Below, in pieces: positions 33,201-42,477 of a stretch of DNA of 64,000 nt. Every line of letters starts with the position of its first letter. Position 1 is the stretch's first letter. The translations under genes and the position numbers were made by a program. This DNA comes from an uncultured delta proteobacterium. GTDB lineage: Bacteria; Desulfobacterota; Desulfobacteria; Desulfobacterales; Desulfosalsimonadaceae. The notes below the pieces were generated by a model, which did not search any database, was not told where the DNA came from, and saw nothing but the letters and a program-made list of their open reading frames with translations. The DNA lies in assembly GCA_963826785.1 (NCBI GenBank), contig CAWGYD010000001.1:32001-96000 (forward strand), written 5' to 3'.

Positions 33201-34738
33201 CCTTCAAAGTCGGAAGTGTGGGTCCCCTGTCCGATGGCGATGATCACGGTGTCCCCGAAAAAAGCCTGGCAGGCCGATTCATCGAATTGAGGGGAAAACC
33301 GCCCTTCTTCGTTGAACACGGCGGTGCAGGTCTTGAACTCGATGCCGGAAACCTTTTTGTTGTCGTTGATGAAAAAGGACTTGGGCCCGAACGAGTTGAC
33401 GATGTCGATGTCGCCTTCCAGCGCCTCTTCTATTTCATGTTCCCATGCCGGCATCTCCTCGCGCTTTTCCAGGCAGAGCATGGTCACATTTTCCGCCCCC
33501 TTGCGCTTGGCGGTCAGGGCCACGTCGATGGCCACGTTCCCGCCGCCGATCACCAGCACGTCTTTGCCGATGGAAACGTCTTTGCCCATTGCCGCGTCCC
33601 GGAGGAAATCCACCCCCTGGAGCACGCCCTCGGCATCTTCGTTCTCCACGCCGAGCTTCCGGCCGCTGTGCAGACCGATGGCCATGAAGACGGCGGCATA
33701 GCCGTCCGCCTTGAGGCTGTCGAAGGTGACATCCTGGCCGAAGGTGACCCCCGTCTGGATCTCTACCCCCATCTCCTCGATGGCCCTGATTTCATTTTTC
33801 AGGATGTCCCGGGGGAGCCGGTATTCAGGGATGCCCACGGCCATCATACCGCCGGCCACGGGCAGTTTTTCAAAAATGGTGACCCCGTATCCCCGCCTGG
33901 CCAGGCTATAGGCGGCCGCCAGGCCCGCAGGACCGGACCCGATCACGGCCACCTTTTCGGCGCGTTTTTCCTCGGGCACGGCGGGCATGAATGTTTCGCC
34001 CTGTTCGTTTTCCCAGTCCGCCAGGAAGCGGTGAAGTTCCCGGATAGCCAGCGGCTGATCGTAATCGCCCCGGGTGCAGACCCCTTCGCAGGGATGATGG
34101 CAGACCCGGCCGCAGACGCCGGGGAAGGGGTGCTCTTCCCGGAACAGTTCCACGGCCTCCTTGTATTTTCCCTGGTTGATCAGGGCGATATAGCCCTGGA
34201 TGCTGACGTGTGCGGGGCAGGTGGCCTTGCAGGGGGCGGTCCCGCGCTTGCTGATGGCATAGGCCCCCGGAATGGCCTGGGCGTATTTCTTGTAGGCGGC
34301 TTTCCGGCTGCCCATCCCCTTGTCCTGTTCGCTGGGAACCTCGATGGGGCACACCTTGGCGCACTCGCCGCAGGAGGTGCATTTGGAAAGGTCGATATAA
34401 CGGGGTTCCTGGCGGATATGGGCCTTGAAGTTGCCCGGTTCGCCGTCAAGCGTGAGCAGTTCGGTGTTGGTTAAAAGCTCGATATTCAGATGCCGGCCGA
34501 CCTCGACCAGTTTGGGCGAGATGACTCACATGGCGCAGTCGTTGGTGGGAAAGGTCTTGTCCAGCTGGGACATGATGCCGCCGATGGCGGATGTTTTTTC
34601 CACCAGGTATACATAATATCCGGAATTGGCCAGGTCGATGGCCGACTGCATCCCGGAGATGCCTGCGCCGACCACCATGACGGACCCCACCGGCTGGCTG
34701 CGTTCAGGGGTTTTCCCGGATTCTTTTGCCTGTTCCAT
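30275..34738 (-). CDS. hdrA: HdrL-type large heterodisulfide reductase A fusion (two HdrA units plus an inserted GltD-like NAD(P)H/FAD module), selenoprotein (UGA codon 71 at 34526-34528), 1487 aa
   Basis: [32 protein letters not shown] continues in frame into the 1359-aa [57 protein letters not shown]-terminal 2x[4Fe-4S]; AAGGAG RBS. Confidence 0.92.
34493..34510 (-). promoter_or_regulatory. Candidate SECIS hairpin of hdrL
   Basis: CUGGUCG-AGGU-CGGCCGG stem-loop 15 nt 3' of the UGA. Confidence 0.65.
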
Positions 34739-35075
34739 TCTTATCTCCTTGTGATGTTGCTGCCGTACATATCCATTCAGATCATGCAAGAGGTCACGCA
34801 TAAAGCGAACGCCGTTCATGATGCGGTGCGATCATTTCCTGGTCCGCAGAATAAAATACGCGTGTAAACGAATTCACCGCACGCCCGGATCGAAACATAT
34901 TTTTTATTTTAAAGTGCCAGATATGTCAATGATAATAATATAATATTCATCGGGTTTGTTTTGAGAAATGTCTCAAAAAACGAAAATAAGAAGAGATCAA
35001 TCGTCTTCAATCGATTTTCATAAATATATGCATGTTGTTTTTGAACCGGGACATAATAGAGGCCTGATCTATTTC

Positions 35076-35106
35076 TTGACAAGAATATATCACTTTGTGG
35101 CAGAAT
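35076..35106 (+). promoter_or_regulatory. Promoter-like motif TTGACAAG-N12-TGTGGCAGAAT (copy 1)
   Basis: Perfect -35 and extended -10-like TGnCAGAAT; same motif at 38025. Confidence 0.55.
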
Positions 35107-35297
35107 GGTCCGAGTTCTTCATGCATTTGGAAAGTGCTTATATCCTGAGTTGAATATGAAATATAACATCCGTTTCTACTTTGGCCAGATTCTATGGGCA
35201 TTTTAGTGTTTGACAGGGAATCGGGATTTTTTTTATAGTGCCAAAAAAGTCCCATTTTCTTTATCATGAGCACATACATCAAGCAGGAGAATGTCCC

Positions 35298-37763
35298 ATG
35301 AGCCAGAAAAGATTGAACAGATTCAAGCCATGTCTGATGGCCGGTGTCTTCACGGCCCTCTTTTTAATGTGCATTTCAGCGCCGCAGTCCGTCTATGGCT
35401 GAGGATCCAGCAATCTGACCGTGACTGTCAGTCCAGCAAACACCGGCCACGTCAAAGTCAATGGAACGGTTTATACGGGTTCATGCGGCTATAGCTCTGG
35501 TACCAAGCTAACCCTGGAGGGGGTTGCTTCCGAAAATTACAAGTTCGATCGGTGGGGCGGCGCCTTGAGCGGCAGCACCAATCCGACAACGCTTACTATG
35601 GATACCAGTAAAAGCGTTACTGCCTACTTCCGATTGAAGACCGAATCGGTCTCTCTGTCCGGTGCGAAAAACCTGATGGATACCCAAAAAGACCTGGTGG
35701 TTATCGATGTGAGGCCGGCCGCCGAATACAGCACCGCTCACATGTTGTGCGCCAGAAATTACATCTGGAATGCGGGGGCTAAAAATTTCACCACACCCCT
35801 GAATACGCTTAATTCCTTAAAATCTCAAAATATCCTGGTTTATGACCGCGATGGCACCAACAGCGACGATGCCGCCGACTATCTGGCCAACCAGGGTTTC
35901 AACTCGGTTTATTACATGACCAACGGTCTGGATGACTGGATGGCCGCGGGATACGAGACCTTTGCCACGGCCGCGGACAGCAGCATCTGCACCAGCCTTG
36001 CGCCCATGGCCTATGCCGGCACGGATGTGACGGTCAATGAAAATACCATGGTGACGTTGAGCGGTTCAGGGGCGGACCCGGACGGGGGTTCGGTACTTTT
36101 ATCTATTGGACCCAGGTGGAAGGGACCACCGTCGCCTTATCGAATCCCGCATCGGCAAAACCCACTTTTAGGGCCCCGGTACCATCCGGGGGAGATGACG
36201 AGTTGATTTTTCATCTCACGGTCAACCGATGACGAGGGCCAGAAAGATACGGACAGTGTCACCGTGAAGGTCTCCTGGATAAATGATCCGCCCACGGCGG
36301 TGGCAACGGCGGACAAAACCAATCCCCAGCCCGGGGACACGGTGACCCTTAACGGATTGGGATCTTCCGACCCGGAAAACGGGACCCTGACCTATAGTTG
36401 GGTGGCTACATCCGGTACTTTGATGATCAATCTATCAAACCCGAATTCAGCCAAACCTTCTTTTGTAGTGCCTCCGGGCACGTCTGCCGGCCGGTGGGTG
36501 GAATTTACGCTGACGGTAACCGACAACGGTGGCCCAAAGAGCGACATACAAAGTCAAAATCACGGTGGCCGGCAGTTCGAACCAGCCGCCGTCGGCCTGC
36601 GCGGGGGACAACAAGACGGTGGCCGAAGGAACCATGGTTCAGCTGGACGGCTCCTGCTCCACGGACCCGGATGACGGAATAAAGCAGTATACTTGGGCGC
36701 AGACCGGCGGGCCGTCGGTGTCGCTGTCTAACATTCATGCGGTTAAACCCACCTTTACCGCGCCGCAGGTAACCCAGAACACCGCCCTTAATTTCAAACT
36801 GACGGTTCAGGATAACGGCGGCCTGACCCACAGCAAACGGTTACGGTAACGGTCACGGACAGCGGCGGCACCTCCGGTACTCCCGCCCCCCCGAAAAATG
36901 TTTCCGCAACGGACAACACGCTTGCAGGCAGGGTTCGCATCGCCTGGGCAGCCTCATCAGGGGCTCAGTCATATGATGTCTACCGAGCAGACATGCCGGC
37001 CTGGACGGGGGCGGTGCTCAGCCGAATTGCTTCGTCGGTAACCGGGACCTCCTATGACGACATCACGGCAAAGTCCGGCAGCCTTTATTATTATTGGGTC
37101 AGGGCCCGAAATGCCAAGGGGATGAGTAAATTCAGCGCTTTTGACACCGGATTTTTTGGGGCCACCGGCAAATCGCCCGCCCGGCCGACTGAAGTCGAGG
37201 CCAGTGAAAACAGTAGTGCCAACAAGGTGACCATCACCTGGAAGGGGTCTGCCGAAGCCTTGGTATACGAGGTCTACAGAGCGGATATCCCGGTGTATCT
37301 GGGTGGAAAAATAAAAAAAATCGCCACCGTCAAGACGCTCACTTATGATGATGCCACCGCGGCCGCGGGCAATCGGTATTATTATTGGATTACCGCCCGC
37401 AATTCCTGGGGGATCAGTCATTACAGCCTTTTTGATACGGGATATTGTTGCGGGCCGGCCCAGTCGCCCCCCGATTCGCCTGCAGGCGTGACGGCCAGCA
37501 AGGGAACGGTAGCGGGCAAAGTCCATATTTCATGGAATGCCTCCGCCAAAACGACCGTTTATGAAATCTGGCGAGCCAACAAACCGGGCAGTCAGGGAGG
37601 CAGGCCGGTTCGCATCGGTAAGGTGGACAGCAATACCTTTTCATTCGATGATAATTTATTGTCCTGTAACGTAAATTATTTTTATTGGGTAACTGCCCGA
37701 AACCCATGGGGCGTGAGTCGTTATAGCAAGTATGCTACCGGGTACTGTGGTTCGCTGCCCTGA
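35298..37763 (+). CDS. Secreted multidomain protein 1: signal peptide, in-frame UGA (35400-35402, putative Sec), InlB B-repeat-like domain, rhodanese-like domain, 3 PKD-like repeats, 3 Fn3-like repeats; about 4 frameshifts
   Basis: AGGAGA RBS then ATG 35298; MSQKRLNRFKPCLMAGVFTALFLMCISAPQSVYG*GSSNLTVTVSPA in frame with ORF 35421; fragments 36264, 36529 and 36993 join via frameshifts near 36100, 36224, 36532 and 36836. Confidence 0.75.
35415..35431 (+). promoter_or_regulatory. Candidate SECIS hairpin of secreted protein 1
   Basis: CUGAC-CGUGACU-GUCAG; the loop starts 17 nt after the UGA. Confidence 0.55.
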
Positions 37764-37838
37764 TTAACCTTTGGTTAGGGCGCAGACAACCAGAAAATAA
37801 TTAATAATTGAATACAAACCGATCACTTTAGAGAGACA

Positions 37839-37876
37839 AATTCCCTGCGGGCACATGCACGCGGGGAATTTTTTTT
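37839..37876 (+). terminator. Intrinsic terminator after secreted protein 1
   Basis: AATTCCCTGCG...CGCGGGGAATT followed by a T-run. Confidence 0.75.
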
Positions 37877-38024
37877 GCCGCATCAAAGGAAATCGGCGAA
37901 ACTTTCTTTCTGGCTTAAAAATTGCATCTTTATACCGCCTATAGTGGATGCGCTAAATCCCATTCATCGCAATTGAGCTGTCGGCTTCATTCAAGCAATT
38001 TGCGGGGGAATCGGGTTTTTTTTA

Positions 38025-38055
38025 TTGACAAGTGCCTGCTACAGTGTGGCAGTAT
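38025..38055 (+). promoter_or_regulatory. Promoter-like motif TTGACAAG-N12-TGTGGCAGTAT (copy 2)
   Basis: Same architecture and spacing as 35076-35106. Confidence 0.55.
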
Positions 38056-38196
38056 CACAAACTGATATGGTTGCAAATTTTGACAAGACCGTATTCAAAA
38101 GAGGACACTTTTATCATTGGCGCGGTAATCTGTTTGTTCTAACGGGATGAGCAGTTATCGCATTTATTGGTAATCTTATGTACCAGGAGACAGTAA

Positions 38197-41100
38197 TTGA
38201 AGATGTTTGCAAATTCCGCTTCACCTTTCCGTTTCGCTTTCAAGGCATGCTGCCTGATCATGTTCACAGTGACGGCCCTGACCCTCTCTATTCCTGCACC
38301 CGCAGGCGCCGGCTGAGGCGGCCTGGCGCTGACCGTGGATGTCAGCCCCGCAAGGGCCGGTAAAATCAAGATCACTTACATAGACAGCAACCTGGTCACA
38401 AAGGTCTTAATCCCGACCAGTTATCCATCCGAAACCTACACTTGTATCAATTATGGCAGCACGGTCATACTGGAGGCGACGCCCTCGTCAGGGTACCGCT
38501 TCGATCACTGGGGCGGATCCGTTACCGGCAGCACAAATCCGGTGAAATTCGTGCTCAAGGAAGCCAGAGAGATCACGGCCTATTTTACCGGAAGCGCAAC
38601 CACTTCAATTACGGCGAACGCCGGGCCCGACCAGAACGTCAGCGAGAACCAGCAGGTGACCCTCAATGGAACAGGGTCGACCGGAACCATTTCTCGCTAC
38701 AGCTGGACCCAGACAAGTGGTCCGACGGTGGCGCTTTCAGGTTCTACATCCAGCCGCCCCACCTTTACCGCACCCTATGTGCAGGAGGGCGGAGCAACCC
38801 TCACCTTTCGCCTGACGGTGAGCAACAACCTGGGCCAGACAGATACCGACAGCGTCAACGTGCATGTGGCCTGGCAGGATCAGCTGACCGCATCCGCCGG
38901 ACCCGACCAGAGCGTCAGCGGGGGGCAGCAGGTGACCCTCAATGGAACCGGATCGACCGGAACCATTGCCCGCTACAGCTGGACCCAGACAAGCGGCCCG
39001 ACCGTTGTTCTTTCGGGTTCCACATCCAGCCGCCCCACCTTTACCGCACCTTATGTGCAGGCAGCCGGGGCAACGCTTACTTTTCTGCTGACGGTGAGCG
39101 ACAATCTGGGCCATACAGACTCGGACAGTGTCAATGTGCGTGTCGCTTCGCAGAATCTGAACCTGGCGGCAGCGGCCGGACCCGATCAGTCCGTCGAATC
39201 CGGTGCAACCGTTGTCCTGGATGGATCAAACTCCTCGCCCCAGAGCGACATCGTCTCATATCAATGGGTGATGATCGACAACAACTTAAACCTTTCCGGC
39301 ATCGATCTGACCAGCAAGTGGGGAGAGGGAATGGTGTCTTTTCTGGCACCCGAGCAGAGCGGTTGGATTGAATTTGAACTGACTGTCAGCGGTGTGGACG
39401 GCAGCAGCGACAGCGACACGGTTGTGGTCACGATCACTCAAACCAGCGGCGGCAGCGGGCTCGCAGCGAATGCCGGATCGGACCAGGCCGCCCTCATCGG
39501 GACCATGGTCATGCTCGATGGATCCGGTTCCCAGGGGGACAACCTGCAATATCAGTGGCGTTAGATCCCCGAAGCCACGGTCACCTTGTCCGGGGGAAAT
39601 GAATGGACGGGGATTTCCCTGCAGAAAACCCCGACTTTTACCGCCCCTGAAACCGGGCAGCCGCAGCAAACGCTGACCTTTGAGCTGAAGGTGAAAGATA
39701 CGGTCAGCGGACAGACGAGCATCGATACCGTGGATATCCTGATCAACAGCCAGGCTTACGTGGACAGCAATGCATCGCCGACCGCAGATGCGGGTCCGGA
39801 TCTTCAAGTCGCCCCCGGTGCGGTGGTAAAGCTTGATGCAAGCGGTTCCACAGATCCCGAAAACAGGATCATCTCCTATCTCTGGACGGTCCAATCCGGT
39901 TCGGCTGCTATCCGGCTGTCGGATGACAAGGCAATCGACCCGGTCTTTACGGCGCCGGCTGCATCCGGTTCGGCTGAATTCAAGTTGACCGTCATCGATG
40001 ATGCCGGAAAAAGCGATACGGACATGGTGACGGTCGACTGGGCCAATCAACCGCCCTCCGCGAACGCGGGAACGGATCAGACAGTTACCGAAGGAAGCAT
40101 GGTGACCATGGACGGTTCGGGTTCCTCGGATATCGATGACGGCATCGTCTCCTATGAATGGGTCCAGACAGGGGGCCTTTCCGTCGCGCTCACGGGTAAA
40201 GACACCGCCCAACCCACTTTCAGTGCGCCGATGATCACCACCGGGCAAACGGCGGCATTGTCCTTCCGCCTGACGGTTAAAGACCGCCTCGGACAGTCGG
40301 ATACGGACCAGGTGATTGTCACCGTCACCCGGGACGGTATGCCGCCAATCGCAGATGCGGGTCCGGACCGCACGGTCAACGAAGGCGATGTCATTGAGCT
40401 TGACGGGACGGAATCCATGGATCCGGACGGAAATATCGTCAGCTATCAATGGAAACAGGTTCACGGCCCGGTGGCCGGGATTTCAGACGAAACATCCGCA
40501 AAAGCCTCCTTTATCGCCAGGCGGTCAGGGTGGACCAGCTACCGCTGACCTTTGATTTGACGGTAGTGGACAACGAGGGACTGAGTTCTTCAGACCGGGT
40601 GATCATCACCATTGTCAATGTGGGGGAATTGCCCGTGGCGAATGCCGGGGAGGACCAGGCGGTTTACGAGCGTAAAACCGTCACCCTGGACGCATCCCGG
40701 TCAAAAGACAGGGACGGCCTCATCGAGCGGTATAAATGGAGCCAGATCACCGGTCCCACCGTCGTCTTTTCGGATTCCGAGGCCATGCAGCCCACCTTTG
40801 ACGCTCCCATCATCGGGGAAAATCCGGTGGATCTCGAATTCCAGCTCATGGTCGAGGACAACGACGGACTCAAAGGATTCGACCGGGTGAAGATCACCGT
40901 GAACCCGACCACCCAGGCCCCTGTGGCCGATGCAGGCCCGGATCAGACCGTGAAAGAAGGGGAAACAGTGGTCCTCGACGGGTCGGGATCTTCGGATCCG
41001 GATGACGGGATTATCAGTTATAAATGGACCCAGGCGGCCGGTTCGGTCACGGTTGAACTTTCCGACGAAACCGCCCCGCAGCCGACATTTGAGGCCCCGA

Positions 41101-41250
41101 AAATTAGCGGCGAAGACGTTGCGCTGAGCTTCAAGCTGGTGGCAGAGGATTTCAGCGGTCAGCAGGGGGTGGATACGTGTGGTCACCGTCACCGATAAAT
41201 CCGATGGCGGAGGCGGCGGCGGATGCTTCATCTCGACTTTGATGGAGTAA
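38197..41250 (+). CDS. Secreted multidomain protein 2: signal peptide, in-frame UGA (38314-38316, putative Sec), InlB B-repeat-like domain, 9 PKD-like repeats, C-terminal GGGGGGCFISTLME tail; internal TAG at 39562 and frameshifts near 40520 and 41178
   Basis: AGGAGA RBS then TTG 38197 or ATG 38203; MFANSASPFRFAFKACCLIMFTVTALTLSIPAPAGAG*GGLALTVDVSPA in frame with ORF 38335; repeats of AxAGxDQxVxxGxxVxLDGSxS..YxWxQ..P.FxAP. Confidence 0.78.
38328..38346 (+). promoter_or_regulatory. Candidate SECIS hairpin of secreted protein 2
   Basis: GCUGAC-CGUGGAU-GUCAGC; the loop starts 17 nt after the UGA. Confidence 0.6.
38620..39145 (+). repeat. Intragenic tandem duplication, 276-bp period (PKD-like repeats 1 and 2)
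   Basis: Near-identical DNA and protein: QQVTLNGTGSTGTI.RYSWTQTSGPTV.LSGSTSSRPTFTAPYVQ occurs twice. Confidence 0.85.
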
Positions 41251-41290
41251 ATGAAGTTTAGCCGCTTGGTCTTTTATTCATGATGATCTG

Positions 41291-41333
41291 AGCGTCCCTG
41301 CCGGGAAGAACTTCCGGCAGGGACGCTTTTTTT
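41291..41333. terminator. Intrinsic terminator between convergent secreted protein 2 and apbE
   Basis: AGCGTCCCTGCCGG...CCGGCAGGGACGCT followed by a T-run. Confidence 0.85.
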
Positions 41334-42447
41334 ATCGGCTATAAAATCTGGCGAATCCCGGGGTCATGGATTCCGCTATGGCGCCGTCGTCCTGTTCATA
41401 CAGGATGAGCGCCTCGATCCCCAGTTTCTGAGCGATGGCAAGGCCACCGGCGCGGCCGGCAACCGTGATGGCGGTGGCTGCGCCGTCCAGAAGGGCATTG
41501 GAAATCGCCGGGTCAATGGTCAGGGTGGTGACCCCCAGGATTTTTTCCGGGACCGGTTTGCCGGTTTCGGGGCTGAAGATGTGGTAGAATGCGTATCCCT
41601 GAATCATGATGGGCTGCTCATAATTGCCGCTGGTGGAAACCCTGAGCACGCCGGTGTGGCTGACGATGCCATAGACGGCATCGGGGTCCATGGGGTGCTG
41701 AATCCCGATGCGCCAGGGTTTGCCCTGGTTGTCCCCGAAAGCGGCCACTTCGCCGCCCAGCTGGATGATTCCGGCCGCGGCCCCGTTTTTTACCACCACT
41801 TGCCGCACCCGGTCCACCGCATATCCCTTGGCGATCCCGCCGAAATCAAACATGATGTTCGCATTGTCCAGATCGACATGGCCGTTCGACAGATGAACGT
41901 GCGAAAAACCCGTATCCTGCAGGGTGCTTCGGATTTGGCGCTCGGAAGGCACCTGCTGTTTTTTTTCGGCCTCCTGCCAGAGGCGCTTGATGGGCATCAT
42001 GGTGGGATCGAACAGCCCCCCGCTTTCCCGCCACAATCGATCCGACAGCGACAGCAGGGCGTACAGATCGCTTGAAATTTTGAAGCTGCCGGTTTCATGC
42101 GCGGCATTGAGTTTTGCCAGTTCAGAAGCGGGGTCAAACGGATTGACTATTTTGCCGATCCGGGAAAATTCCAGCCAGGCCTTCCCGGTCAACGCCTTGG
42201 CCTTCTGCGGTGAGGCGCCTGGGAGATAAAGGCGCACCCGGGCGGGAATTTGGTAGTAGATCGCCTGACGGCTTTCCCACCATCCGGGAGAGACTTCCTG
42301 CGGATTGATGTCCACATCGCTTTGCTTCGGCGCATTCGCCGTGCTTTTCGGCCCTGCGGGAGACCAACGGGTATGGACCCCCCAGGAGATGACGACGGCC
42401 GTCAATCCAATGAAAAAAAACAGCGGTATCCAGCTTGCCTTCTGCAA
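41332..42447 (-). CDS. apbE: FAD:protein FMN transferase
   Basis: SEL.KLN, GGLFDPT, DFGGIAKGYAVD, W.IGIQHP, STSGNYE, HIFSPETG; N-terminal membrane anchor. Confidence 0.92.
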   Translation of the reverse strand: MQKASWIPLFFFIGLTAVVISWGVHTRWSPAGPKSTANAPKQSDVDINPQEVSPGWWESRQAIYYQIPARVRLYLPGASPQKAKALTGKAWLEFSRIGKIVNPFDPASELAKLNAAHETGSFKISSDLYALLSLSDRLWRESGGLFDPTMMPIKRLWQEAEKKQQVPSERQIRSTLQDTGFSHVHLSNGHVDLDNANIMFDFGGIAKGYAVDRVRQVVVKNGAAAGIIQLGGEVAAFGDNQGKPWRIGIQHPMDPDAVYGIVSHTGVLRVSTSGNYEQPIMIQGYAFYHIFSPETGKPVPEKILGVTTLTIDPAISNALLDGAATAITVAGRAGGLAIAQKLGIEALILYEQDDGAIAESMTPGFARFYSR

Positions 42448-42477
42448 TGGTCCTCCAATCCAGGTGCCCGGATGTAC

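Noticed and set aside
30986..34474. Long plus-strand ORFs (504 and 631 aa), and similar antisense ORFs elsewhere such as 320-1390 and 52545-54296
   Set aside because: Shadow frames antisense to well-supported genes in GC-rich DNA, with no recognisable motifs
35291..35494. Small ORFs 35291-35494 and 38178-38363 as leader peptides
   Set aside because: They overlap the RBS-supported signal-peptide frames out of frame and have no suitably spaced RBS
39195..39215. SGAT flavinylation motif as an ApbE target in secreted protein 2
   Set aside because: It falls in the ordinary VxxGxxVxLDGS strand of a PKD-like repeat, lacks the D-x-x-[ST]GA[ST] context and is not conserved in sister repeats
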